This document shows positions 1-13,720 of a stretch of DNA of 64,000 bases, one piece after another. The stretch is from Octopus vulgaris (lineage: Eukaryota), in contig OX597832.1 of assembly GCA_951406725.2 (NCBI GenBank), positions 25,544,001-25,608,000 on the forward strand. The letters run 5' to 3'. The position numbers were made by a program, and so were the translations under genes. Each line of letters opens with the position of its first letter. The first letter of the stretch is position 1. The notes beneath the pieces are model-generated. The model saw only the letters and a program-made list of their open reading frames with translations. It had not been told where the DNA came from and did not search any database.

Positions 1-139
1 ACATATAAATGTACACAGGCACGCGCGCGCACACACTTATGTATATACACACAGTCAAATTTCACCAACTCACGCGGAAGCATACATTTATCTCCGTTCG
101 TGTGCTTATGTATATATACCTGTGTGTGTATGTGTATCT

Positions 140-475
140 TTGTGTGTGTGTGTGTGTATGTGAGTGTTTGTGTGCGTTTGTGTGTTTGTTAGTGTGTGTA
201 TTTTTGTTTGTGTTTTTGTGTGTGTATGTGTTTGTGTATGTGTGTGTGTATGTGTGTCTGTCTGTTCGTCTGTATTTGTGAAACAGTCAAAAAACCAGGC
301 AGAAAATAAAAGAGTTCGCTAACGAGAAAGAAATACTTTGCAACCATTTTCTTCCCCTAAAAGTGTGTGTGTGTGTGTATGTGAGTGTTTGTGTGCGTTT
401 GTGCGTGTATTTATGTGTGTGTTTGTATATGTATGTTTGCTTGTGTTTTTGTGTGTGTATGTTTGTTTGTGTGTA

Positions 476-518
<43 letters not shown>

Positions 519-620
519 TTGTGAAACAGTCAAAAAACCAGGCAGAAAATAAAAGTTTTCGCTAACAAGAAAGAAATACTTGTGCAGCCATTTTTCTCCT
601 ACAAGTGTGTGTGTGTTTGT
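140..620. repeat. About 243-bp tandem duplication (TG-rich plus an approximately 90-bp unique core)
   Basis: GTGAAACAGTCAAAAAACCAGGCAGAAAATAAAAG..TTCGCTAAC..AGAAAGAAATACTT at 278-365 and 521-605. Confidence 0.8.
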
Positions 621-765
621 GCATGTTACATGCATGTGTATGTGTGTGTATGTGTGTGTGTGCATGTGTGTGTATGTTTATGCGTATGTTTGTGTGCAAA
701 TACGAGTATGCATCTATGTGTCTGTTTCCTCTCCTTACTATGTCTAACACAATATCCCTTCCTAA

Positions 766-797
<32 letters not shown>

Positions 798-815
798 CCT
801 TCTCTGAGAAATATA

Positions 816-1051
816 CAGGCGGCCCAACAGTAGGTTTACACTTATTCAACTATGTCTTTCGCATTCATATATTAACAGTTTAGATCTTAATTATAAAAAA
901 AAAATGAAACCATTATTCTATGCTAATATATTTAATTTTCTCAAGGCTCCTTCTTCAGTTTGTAAGATAGAAATTTAAATATAATAAAATGATTTAAAAG
1001 AAATTTAAAATGCCTACGTGATATCTGTAAACCTACTTTTGGGCCAACCTG
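816..1051. mobile_element. Tc1/mariner-type MITE
   Basis: Terminal inverted repeats CAGGCGGCCCAACAGTAGGTTTACA / TGTAAACCTACTTTTGGGCCAACCTG flanked by TA; AT-rich non-coding interior. Confidence 0.75.
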
Positions 1052-1407
1052 TATATATATACTCTCTCGTTGCTCACACGTGACCATCGTCCCTCTTTCT
1101 TCTCCTCACGTGATCATCTGCGGAGGGAGGCCTTGTTTTCGTTGTTGCCACTAGGAGAAATCAATTAATGAATATTACTTCGCAAAGAGTTAACTCTATT
1201 AAACACAATAGTCACCGTACAAGGTTTTTCTGACCGTCTGGCCCTAGAATCCCAACTACCTCATTACACCATATGTGAGAAATCTAAAGAGTGCAGACCC
1301 ATCTATGGAACATAAGTGATGTATATGCCAAGCGTGAAGGAAATTGGATGAAAAATATTGATTTTAAGTGGGATCAAGTAAATGGCCTGTCACACACACA
1401 CACGCAT

Positions 1408-1475
<68 letters not shown>

Positions 1476-1562
1476 ACATATACATATGCATATATATATA
1501 CATATACATATACATACACACACACACACACATATATATATATACATATATATGTGTGTGTG

Positions 1563-1766
1563 TGTGTCTGTTTGTTCCCCCAACACCGCTTGACATCCGA
1601 TGTGTTTATGTCTCCGTAACTTAGCGATTCAGCAAAAGAAACCGATAGAATAGGTATTTGGTTTACAAAGAATAAGTCCTGGGGTCGTTTTCTTCGACTA
1701 AAGGCGGTGCCCCAGCATGGCTGCATTCAAATGACGGAAACAAGTAAAAGAATAAAAAAGTAAAAG
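1563..1766 (+). mobile_element. SINE family A, 3' half
   Basis: Reverse-complement match to 6520-6730. Confidence 0.8.
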
Positions 1767-1798
1767 AATATACATACATGCTTATATGTATACATACA

Positions 1799-1846
<48 letters not shown>

Positions 1847-2796
1847 CGCGCGCACACACAGAAAAAGAGAAAAGAGCGCCGTGTGGGTGACATCTAAGTC
1901 TGGGTGTTTCTCTATATATTTATACTGTGTATTCCCACACTGAGTGGAACATAGCGAACCATACTGAATTCACAGCGCATGCGTGGGATACTAGCGGCTT
2001 TCATTTATGGGCAGACAACCACATGACAGAAGCTAAAAGTCTGAAACTCGAAAGTTAATGGCGACACATGTCAATTACCAAGCACCCCCGCTGCTTTTCG
2101 GCAATGGGCGGTACCTTGCCCCTTTGACACCTATTGCCTGCAAGATGGACTGGCCCATTGATTTTTATGCGTCGCAGGCTTGGACGCAGCAGGAAGCTGA
2201 CAACAGGATGCGAACTATCGACTCTTCGGTTGGAGTCCATACGTGCCATTCACTTGGTTAGATTCAGCTGTCAAACACTAATACACACAAACACACACAC
2301 ACATACAGACATGCATAAATACACACACACACACACAAATACACACACACAAATACACACACACAAATACACACACACACATATATACACACATATACGC
2401 ACACAAATTCATACGGTGGGATATATTTAACTAATTACACACACTGTTGAAGATTTCTATATATATGTTTGTGTGTGTCTGTGTGTGTCTGTGAGTCTGT
2501 CTGTGCGAGTGTGTATGTATGTATGGATGAATGTATGTATGTATATATGATCGCTTAAACACTTCCATCTAGCACTCTATATATCCAAATTATTTCACAC
2601 ATAGACACATATACATTTCCGCACAACGACACAAAACTATGCAAGCCTATAAACATACATACATACATACACACATACATACATATATACATACACACGC
2701 ACAGACACACACACGGACACACGCAAACACGCACACACGCACACACACACACACCAATATATGTCCCTATGAGCATATGCATCTTTCTCTCCCTCT

Positions 2797-2848
<52 letters not shown>

Positions 2849-2965
2849 GCACACACACATACGCACACAAACACATACATACATATCATTAATCTGACTT
2901 TTCTGACGACCAAGAGCAAAGTATTCTAGAGTTCCAACTTACACAAACCCAGTTTTACATGTATA

Positions 2966-3014
<49 letters not shown>

Positions 3015-3483
3015 GTAAAGGGTACCAAATACATTTACACATACACATGCCACATACGCACGCACAGCCCGCGCACCCGCCTATATATGCATGTATGTTT
3101 GAGCGTTTGTATTTGTGTATATATATATATACGCAAACACGCATACTCATGCAAGACTATCTATACAAAATGGCGCATTTGTGAGCATGCCTGTATTGGG
3201 GGAGGGTGTAACTGTAAAGCCGGCGTTATTGGCAGACGTTCGAGGTATTGGAGAATGGGGGGCGTGACTTATAATGGAGAATGCATGTATATATGTACAC
3301 ATAATGCACATATATGTATACATATATATGCATGTATATGTATGTATGTATGTATGTGTATGTATACCTATTCATATATTTGTATTTTTATTAATATATA
3401 CACACATACACATATATACATATATATTTACATACATATATATGCATATACAAAAACACATATACACACACACACATATATAT

Positions 3484-3540
<57 letters not shown>

Positions 3541-3622
3541 TATACCACACACATATATATATATATATATATATGCACACATATATATATATATATATGT
3601 ATATATAAACATATACACTCAC

Positions 3623-3656
<34 letters not shown>

Positions 3657-3785
3657 ATGCATATACAAACACATATGTATGTATATGTGTATATATACGC
3701 AATACAAATACTTATACACATAGTCATATTTATATATAACATATATGAACGATACAACAATGTGTTTGCATGTATGTATATATAC

Positions 3786-3820
<35 letters not shown>

Positions 3821-3954
3821 AGTGAGAGAGGAAGGCAGAGAGAAAGTGAGAGTGAGAGACATATTTGTACATATATGAATATGTACAAATATGTGTTTAT
3901 TTATAAATATACACATAGGTTCCTATATATACGTTTACCTATATATTTTTCTCT

Positions 3955-4320
3955 ACATGACACTAGAGTTCCAGTGATCCAATCACCGGAACAGCCTGCT
4001 CGTGAAATTAACTTGAAAGTGGCTGAGCATTCCACAGACACGTGTACCTTTACCATAATTCTTGGGCGAGATTCAACGTGACACAGAGTGTGAGGAGGTT
4101 GGCCCCTTTGAAATACAGGGGCAATAGAAACAGGAAGAAAGAGAGAGAGAAAGGTGTGGTGAAAGTGTATAGCAGGGTTCGCCACCATTCCCTGACGGAC
4201 CCTTGTGGAGCTTTGGGTGTTAGCGCTCAATAAACACTCACAATACCCAGTCTGGCAATCGAAACAACGATCCCACGACCGCGAGCCCGCTGGCCTAACC
4301 ACTGGTCCGCTGTCCTCCAC
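3955..4320 (-). mobile_element. SINE family B, diverged
   Basis: Reverse-complement match to 61148-61510. Confidence 0.8.
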
Positions 4321-4348
4321 ATTTCTCTCTCTCTCTCTTTCTCTCACG

Positions 4349-4421
<73 letters not shown>

Positions 4422-4437
4422 CATATACACCCGGATA

Positions 4438-4502
<65 letters not shown>

Positions 4503-4697
4503 ATATATATTCTGTTGTGTCTGGGGAGAGTCATTCTCTTTTAGTGCCTTATGATTTAATACACTCATAAAGAATTTTGCAAACCAAATCCAAACCAGAA
4601 ATATATATGTATATACATGTGCGACTCTCTGTGTGTATATATGTATATATATACACAAATATATATATATATATACGCACACACAGATATATATGTA

Positions 4698-4749
<52 letters not shown>

Positions 4750-4882
4750 CATATATACATATATGCATATATGCATATACATAGAAGTATGCATGTATAT
4801 ACCTATGTTTATATCTATACGTATATATGCATATATACATATATATTTTATATATATATGTATATATATTATATATATATGC

Positions 4883-4929
<47 letters not shown>

Positions 4930-4949
4930 TATATATATGTATGTGTGTA

Positions 4950-4997
<48 letters not shown>

Positions 4998-5575
4998 CAT
5001 ATTCTTTTGATTGCATGCATAAAGCTACATCAACTCAAAGTGACACCCACTCTCAAAACCTGACACTCATACCCTTACGCATCCATCCACCGATACACAT
5101 ACTCACGCACACACACACACACACACGCACACGCACACACACATACAGAAGCGGACACACGTACACGGTAATGGAGAGCAAGCGCCATTACTTGCTCGCG
5201 CGAAGCGAATCAATGCCGGAGTTGGGTTGTGAGGAAGCGCTTGCTTAATGTGCAAGTCAATATGACACTCATCTTAGATTCAAGTCAGTTAAAAACCACC
5301 TCCTCGTGTGGAGAGGATGTTTGTATAAGAACGACCACTGGCTGGTGAGAACCTTTCGCTCGGATTATATACATTAGACATCTGCTTACTACGGATAAAT
5401 GGAGATTATGTATGTATATATACCCCACCCGCGCTCTCTCTCGCTCTCCCTCTCTGCCCGCCTTTTTCTCATCTCTTTCGGATCCTTTCTCAATCTACGT
5501 CTCAGTTTATCTCTCTCTCTATTTATATCTCTCTCCCTGTCTATCTATCCATCCATCTATCTATCTATCTGTCTG

Positions 5576-5650
<75 letters not shown>

Positions 5651-5746
5651 GTCCCTGTCTCTCTTTCTCTATCTCCCATTCGGTCTCTTTCTGCTTCTGT
5701 TTCTACTTGTCTTTCTTTCTCTCTGTCTGACTGTCTCTCCCCCCCT

Positions 5747-5779
<33 letters not shown>

Positions 5780-6017
5780 TTCTCTCCCGTTGACAGTCAG
5801 CAGCTGATAATGGGATGATGCTGTGATGATTGCTGATAGTAATGTGGTGGGTCATTTTGTTGTTCTTGTTGTTGATTGTGTTGTTCGTGGTAGTGTTTGT
5901 GTGTGGATGTCATTGCTTCCAAATGACAGCAGAAGAGTGATACACACACACACACACGCACACACACACACATACATACACACACACACACACACATATA
6001 TATACATACACATATAT

Positions 6018-6271
6018 TCTTTTATTCTTTTACTTGTTTCCGTCATTTGACTGCGGCCATGCTAGAGCACAACCTTTAGTTGAACAAATCAATTCCAGGA
6101 CTTATTCTTTGTAAGCCTAGTACCTTATTCTATCGGTGCCTTTTGCCGAAACACTAAGTTACGGGGATGTATTCACACTAGCATCTGTTGTAAAGCGATG
6201 TTGGGGGTACGAACACAGACGCACAAACACGTACACACACACACATATACATATATATGTATGTGTGTATA

Positions 6272-6317
<46 letters not shown>

Positions 6318-6473
6318 GGGCTTCTTTCAGATTCCGTCTACCAAATCCACTCACGAGGCTTTGGTCGACCTGAGGCTATTGCAGAAGACATTTGGCAAAA
6401 TGCCACACAGTGGTACTGAACCCAGAACCATATGGTTGGTAAGCAAGCTACTTACTACAGACCCACTCCTGCG

Positions 6474-6520
<47 letters not shown>

Positions 6521-6954
6521 TCTTTACTCTCTCTTTTACTCTTTTACTTGTTTCAGTCATTTGACTGCGGCCATGCTGGAGCACCGCCTTTAGTCGAGCA
6601 ACTCGAACCCGGGACTTATTCTTTGTAAGCCTAGTACTTACTCTATCGGTTTCTTTTGCCGAACCGCTAAGTGACGGGGACATAAACACACCAGCATCGT
6701 TTGTCAAGCAATGCTAGGAGGACAAACACAGACACACAGACATACACGCATACACACACACACATATATACATATATATACATATATACGACGGGCCTCT
6801 TTCTGTTTCCGTCTACCAAATCCACTTACAAGGCTTTGGTCGGCCCGAGGCTATAGTAGAAGACACCTGCCCAAGGTTCCACGCAGTGGGACTGAACCCG
6901 GAACCATGTGGCTGGTAAGCAAGATACTTACCACACAGCCACTCCTGTGCCTAT
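6018..6954 (-). mobile_element. Two tandem copies of tRNA-derived CORE-type SINE family A (6018-6478, 6520-6954)
   Basis: Minus-strand head GGCGCAGGAGTGGCTGTGTGGTAAG..GGTTCAGTCCC, CORE-like CCTTGGGCAAGTGTCTT, internal (CA/TA)n spacer, tail ..GCTCCAGCATGGCCGCAGTCAAATGACTGAAACAAGTAAAAGA. Confidence 0.85.
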
Positions 6955-6956
6955 AT

Positions 6957-7095
<139 letters not shown>

Positions 7096-7274
7096 GGTAT
7101 GTATATATATGTATATGTATAGATACATATACATAAACATTTTATGAAGATGTGTAAAATCCAAGCTGTGTCCTCTCGAAGCACATTTGCGTATTCCAGT
7201 ATTACAATCTAGCATTTAGATGCTGTCGTTCTTCCATTGATATAAAGTGGCGAGCTGGCACAATCGTTAGCACG

Positions 7275-8190
7275 CATTAGTACTGCATTTAGTTTTGCAT
7301 GCTGATAGCACAAGGCTTGAAACTTTTCACGTTTAAACTGTGTGCTATTCTATTCTTCTCGGCCCACTTGTATGTTACAGCCAACTCACATTGTAGGTGC
7401 ATAGCGCCTTCAGGGTTCTGTATCACCTGTGAGACTTTTGTATCATCTGGATAACTTGCGAACGTGTCTCTCTCTATGGTCGAGAGCATATCTGAAAGGG
7501 TCATTATGAATAGCAGTAGTCTCAAAACAGTGCCTTGTGGAACACCTCTCACTATTTGCGTGCCATTTGAAGTGGCCCCATTGGCTACTACCACCTGGCT
7601 CCTATCTTTCAGAAAGTCATGCAGCCATTCTCACAATTCCCCAACTATACCAAGATCATGCAGTTTGTGACATATCATTCCATGATCGACTTTATCAAAG
7701 GCCTTTGCGAAGTCGAGATATATCATATCCACATTGGAGAGGTTGAGCAGCTGTTTCAACGCCCAGTCATAATGTGGCAAGAGCTGAGTCAGGCAGCTTC
7801 TTCCTGGTCGAAAACCATGTTGGGTGTCAGCCAGCAAATCATTTCCTCAAGGAAGGTGATTAGTTTTCTTCTGACTATTCGTTCCATAACTTTGCTGAGG
7901 TGCGAGGTCAGAGAAGATAGGTCTGTAGTTTTTGGCTTCTGCTCTGCTACCTCCTTTATGAATAGTGAATATTTTACCCTCCATCAGCTTGCTTGGAAGT
8001 TTGACAGTTGCAAGGGAACTCTGGAAGAGGGACTGCAGTGGTTTTCCTAGGACTCGCTTACAAGCTTTTAGAGGGATTGCTGGGAATCCTTCAGGGTGAC
8101 TAGCTGAGTTCGGATTCATTTCATCTATAGCCCTTATTACATCGTCTTCTTTTATATTGATGTAATCAGTCATCACTGCCTCTGTTTTTA
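7275..8190 (-). mobile_element. Decayed LINE reverse transcriptase fragment (CR1/L2-group)
   Basis: Motifs NYRPI, QHGFRPGRSCLTQLL, IYLDFAKAFDKVDH, GVPQGTVL, YPDDTK (degenerate YADD) spread over broken frames. Confidence 0.9.
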
Positions 8191-8205
8191 TATCTGCAAT
8201 GTCTA

Positions 8206-8347
<142 letters not shown>

Positions 8348-8635
8348 TCTACACATATACACGCACACACACTCATACATGGATCAAAGATGCGATATAC
8401 GGTCAATACATACGATAAATATAGGAATCAGGCAACGATTCGCTGAATGACTAATCAACAGTTTTATGTCTTTAAGATGGCTTTGAAGTTATTCCGTGAC
8501 CCGACTTCGTCAGGATGTTTGAGGAGGCCGCTTACGATCAATCCCACCACAAAACCGTATCAACCTTCTTCTTATATATGATATACGCGTATGCGTGTGT
8601 AAATTAACATACACATATAAATGAGAGTGCGTGTG

Positions 8636-8682
<47 letters not shown>

Positions 8683-8855
8683 GTATATGTATATGCAGTT
8701 TTATACGTCATAATATGCAATGTCTACATATGTGTGTGTGTATATCCATACACACACACATGCACATAATTTCTACGTGGAAGACGTTTATAAGCCATTT
8801 AACAAAACACAGAAAAAAACCATTAGATTCATTTCAACGTAAAAATTTTATTTGA

Positions 8856-8899
8856 GTCAAAATATTTTCGTCGCTTTGAAACCACGACCTGTTCAGTGA
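8856..8899 (-). ncRNA. Second copy of the 13671 hammerhead-like motif (C3/C8 mismatch, probably inactive)
   Basis: Minus strand reads TCA CTGAACA G GTCGT..GCGAC GAAA ATATTT TGA; flanks are homologous to 13655-13795. Confidence 0.45.
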
Positions 8900-8960
8900 A
8901 AAAACTTCGTGCTACATCTATATATATATATATACATACATACATACATGCATACATATA

Positions 8961-9024
<64 letters not shown>

Positions 9025-9067
9025 TATACATATACATACACACACACATATATATAAATACATACAC

Positions 9068-9133
<66 letters not shown>

Positions 9134-9269
9134 TTGGTGTCATTAAATATGAGAGGCTTGGCGCCGAATCCTATTTGTATCAATATGCAACTTTGACGAA
9201 GCAAAAAATACGCTAGAAATTATAATAAAATTCTAATTTTATTGCGCTATTGATATTCCATAGTCTATA

Positions 9270-9880
<611 letters not shown>

Positions 9881-9883
<3 letters not shown>

Positions 9884-10438
9884 GCCCTGATGCAGTACCA
9901 GGCAGTGGCTCTCATGGCTTCTGATCTTAACTGATTGGAAGTGTTATCATGTACATTGTTTTGTCTTGGTATAAAAGATGGGCTACAGCAAATATTCTGC
10001 TCAATACCACAGATTTGCTTGTCAGTTGTTTGACCTTAACCAGTTGAGCATGTCCCTTAGTGGCTGACGATATGTGCATCTCTGATCACGAGCAGAAGTA
10101 GTGGGGGAGCATCATGGCCATGTGTTGAGAGGGATTCTTTGGAGTTTGAATGGTTCACCTCTGGAAACATAGGTGTTTCGTTCAACATCCTAAAGCAACC
10201 CTTATTCAGGGACCGTTTGAGCAGGATGAGCTACTCAACCTGAAGAAAATTCTAACTGGGCCCCACCTGCAAGGTCATGTGCTGTTTATCTTGATATGAG
10301 ATCACCATGTCGCGCACATATGGCTGTGATGCATGTGCCTGGTGTACCTTTATCAGACGGGTAGTCATGATGGGTATATTGGGCTTCGTATATTTTAACC
10401 CAGTGTCACTTTGATGGCATGAACTGCTCTCTCACTCA
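9881..10438. mobile_element. Non-coding interspersed repeat inserted in a (TAA)n tract
   Basis: About 560 bp of complex sequence bounded exactly by (AAT)n on both sides; family not identified. Confidence 0.45.
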
Positions 10439-10474
10439 ATAATAATAATAATAATAATAGTAGTAGTAGTAGTA

Positions 10475-10517
<43 letters not shown>

Positions 10518-10939
10518 TAATGATAATAATAATGATAATCATGTTCTCTTATTCTATTCGCTTATCTATATCATTCTTTTATTCTGGTTATATGATGACT
10601 TCTCGAGGGGATGTGGTAAATTTTTCGGTTTACAATTGGGTGGGAAATTGGTTACGTGTAACAGCTTTCGACGATTTGAAGGGTGCGTGTTTGTGTGTGT
10701 GTACGTGTATGTGTACGTGTGTGTGTGTGTGTTACATATGCTGTTTTGTTTTATTGACCGGTTTGTATAAGGTTTATTAGTTTAAGATCGGCAAACACAT
10801 TACGAGGAAGGGTAACCTGTGTCCCACTACCGTAAAACTATACGAGATAATACACGTAAATGAATAAATATATGTAAGGTTATCTATCTACCTACCTGTT
10901 TGTCGGTCATTCTGTCTATCGATCGATCGATGTAACAAG

Positions 10940-10973
<34 letters not shown>

Positions 10974-11238
10974 GCCTATATACTTACATACTTACCTTCC
11001 TCCCTCCCTCCCTCCCTCCCTTCCTCTCTATCTATCTATTTATCTATCTATCTATCTCTGTATCTACCTATCTATCTATCCATCTATCTATCCATCTATC
11101 TATCTCTCTTTGTGTATGTATGTATGTATGTATGTATCTATCTATCTATCTATCTATCTGCCAATCTATCTACCAACCAACCAACCAACTTACATACGTA
11201 CCTATCAATCTCTCTCTCTCTCTCTCTCTCTTTATCTT

Positions 11239-11303
<65 letters not shown>

Positions 11304-11494
11304 TTATCTATCTACCTATCTATAAATCCATTGATTTATCTATCAATCTATGTATCTATTCACCTACCATTTACCTACCTATATATTTATCTGTCTATTT
11401 ATCTATCAACTTATCTCTCTATGTACCTATCTATCTGTCAATTTAATTATTTATGTGCCCGCTAGTCTATCTATCGCCCTTTCTGTCTGTTATA

Positions 11495-12722
11495 CAGGGT
11501 GTCCATAAAGTTTCTTTACAATTTTAAAATTTTATTACAAAGGCAGTTGACAAGATATCTTAACCAGATTTGTTTTATTGTAATCATTGTTTATTGAAGT
11601 TCTTTTAACTGTTATTTAATAGACCTCAATATGGGCACCATTAGTTGCGCGAAGCACATCAAGACGGTACTCGATTTCTTGCCATGTTCGTTGTAGGATA
11701 GCCTCATAAACTGTGGCAATGGTATTACGAATCCTTTGCTTCAAGTCAGCAATGTCCCGTATCTTTGTTTGATACACGATGTCTTTTACATAACCCCATA
11801 AAAAGAAGTCCAAGGGAATGATATTTGGCGAACATGATGGCCATGGAATTGGCCCATCCCTTCCAATCCATCGGTCTGGAAATGTTTGATTGAGGAACTA
11901 ACGAACATGCCGTCGCCAATGTGGTGGTGCACCATCTTGCTGGAGAATGATGGCTGGTTGTAAATCAATCAGTTGTGGTGCCACATATTCGGTCAGAAGG
12001 CCGAGGTAAACATTTGCAGTCAATGTTGCCTCGTTGAAGAAAAATGGACCAATTATTCGATTGCACACGATTCCATACCACACATTCACTTTTGGACTAT
12101 CCCGTTGAAGCTCCCTGGTGTAATCTCTCGAAAGAGCTGTTCTTCACTCCTGCTCCAGAGCGTCGGCTGCGGGGTCATTCCGAAAAGCTCTATCTGCGAC
12201 GATTTCATCTCAATCGAAGGAGAGGGGCTTTCTCCGCCCGGGTTGCTGATCCGTGGAATAAGGTGCCGGACGAGATGGTGAAGATACCGACGACCGCTCG
12301 GTTCAAAGTCTCCCTTGGCCTCAAGTGGCCTGAACTCTTTACACGAACACCACCCTGTACATAACTCCATGTCCCCCTACATGGCCTTGCTTCTTGCTTT
12401 TTGAGCCAAAAAATTAACTAACTAACTAACTAACATGGGGGTGTTCTGATCCCCAGATTCCCACATTGTGTCTGTTTAATTTCCCTGAAACATGAAAAGT
12501 CACCTCGTCACTAAAACAAACTCGCTTGAGGAATGCTTCGTCCTCATTTTATAGGGGTTCAGTGAATCAGTTCCCTTCCATCAACAGAGTATCTGAAACA
12601 CAAAAATTTAACATCGATATAAACTTTAATAAACAATTATTAAAATAAAACAAATCTGGTTAAAATATCTCATCAACTGCCTTTGTAATAATTTTTTTTT
12701 TAAATTGGACTCTATGGACAAC

Positions 12723-12725
<3 letters not shown>
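11495..12725 (-). mobile_element. Tc1/mariner DD41D (rosa/Visitor-type) transposon relic with about 110-bp TIRs
   Basis: Long TIRs starting CAGGGTGTCCATA and ending TATGGACAACCTG; minus-strand motifs FSDEVTFHVSG, QQDGAPPH, WPSCSPNIIPLDFFLWG; 41 residues counted between the 2nd and 3rd Asp; internal stop and deletion. Confidence 0.88.
12112..12433 (+). mobile_element. CR1-type LINE 3' end nested in the DD41D element
   Basis: LRGHSEKL...FSARVADPWNKVP...FKVSL C-terminal motif, a short 3' UTR and an (AACT)n tail. Confidence 0.8.
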
Positions 12726-12775
<50 letters not shown>

Positions 12776-12894
12776 CATTCACACTTTGAGTTTGGTGATA
12801 CTAGTTGCGGATTCTAGCTCGCTCTGATACTGAGTGGAGTTGGTGCCTTCTAGTATCTCAAAATTCAATATATAATCATTTATGATTATAGTAT

Positions 12895-12995
12895 TCTACG
12901 CTGAAGAGAAAAGAAGTTTTGGGTAAGGTAGAGTTATTTAATATTTAATTCTTATGCTTTCCTAAAAACTTGATTTCGAAACGTGCGTCCGTAGA
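12895..12995 (+). ncRNA. Type I hammerhead ribozyme, canonical core, extended helix II
   Basis: Helix I TCTACG/CGTAGA; CTGAAGA 12901-12907; long helix II 12908-12977 (GAAA/TTTC, AAGTTTT/AAAACTT); GAAA 12978-12981; minimal helix III AC-GTGC-GT; GUC cleavage triplet 12987-12989. Confidence 0.8.
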
Positions 12996-13404
12996 TAACT
13001 TAAAATTGTATGATAGATTGCCGTCTATTCATTCTCTCTTACCTGTTTGTGTATGCCTTCCAATTGCTGTTTTTACTGAGATCTCCTTTTTAGTAGAAGA
13101 AATAGCTATAACCCTTTGACTGCTATTTCTAAATTCGGTATGTGGTAAGGCAATTCGTTGCTAAACCCTTTATTGCTTAGTATTACTATATATATATATA
13201 TATATATATATTTGGTTTTTGGATTTGGTTTGCAAGATTCTTTATATGAGTTCGTGTGTTGAAGCATATTCTGTTGTGCCTGGGGAGAGTCATTCTCTTT
13301 TAGTGCCTTATTATTTAACACACTCACCGGTAAAATTTCCACTTATTTCTTATTTTTATTTTCTAAAATGCAAGTTATGAGTTTATTATTCAAATAATAT
13401 ATAT

Positions 13405-13535
13405 ACATATATATTATGTACGTACATACATACATATATATTATGTACGTACATACATACATATATATTATGTACGTACATACATACATATATATTATGT
13501 ACGTACATACATACATATATATTATGTATGTACAT
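13405..13535. repeat. 27-bp minisatellite, about 5 units
   Basis: ATATATATTATGTACGTACATACATAC repeated. Confidence 0.85.
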
Positions 13536-13670
13536 ACCAATACATACATACATACATACATACATACATACATACATACATACATACATACATACATACA
13601 TTCATACACGCGTGCATACGTACATATATATGACGAACTAACTGTTACTTTCTCAGATGCAGCACAGATT

Positions 13671-13720
13671 TTTGTCAGTGAACAGGTCGCGGGTTTTAGC
13701 GACGAAAATATTTTGACAAA
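13671..13720 (+). ncRNA. Minimal type I hammerhead-like motif with G3-C8 swapped core
   Basis: Helix I TTTGTCA/TGACAAA; core GTGAACA plus an extra G; helix II GTCGC/GCGAC; GAAA; palindromic AATATT helix III; UUU triplet. Confidence 0.6.

Noticed and set aside
925-965. Minus-strand CTGAAGA...GAAA inside the MITE
   Set aside because: Helices I and II do not form credibly; chance match in AT-rich DNA.
1970-2270. Unique segment with GCGCATGCG (NRF1-like), ATGGCG (YY1-like) and a 67-aa ORF
   Set aside because: No recognisable domain, splice signals or repeat identity; the motifs alone are insufficient.
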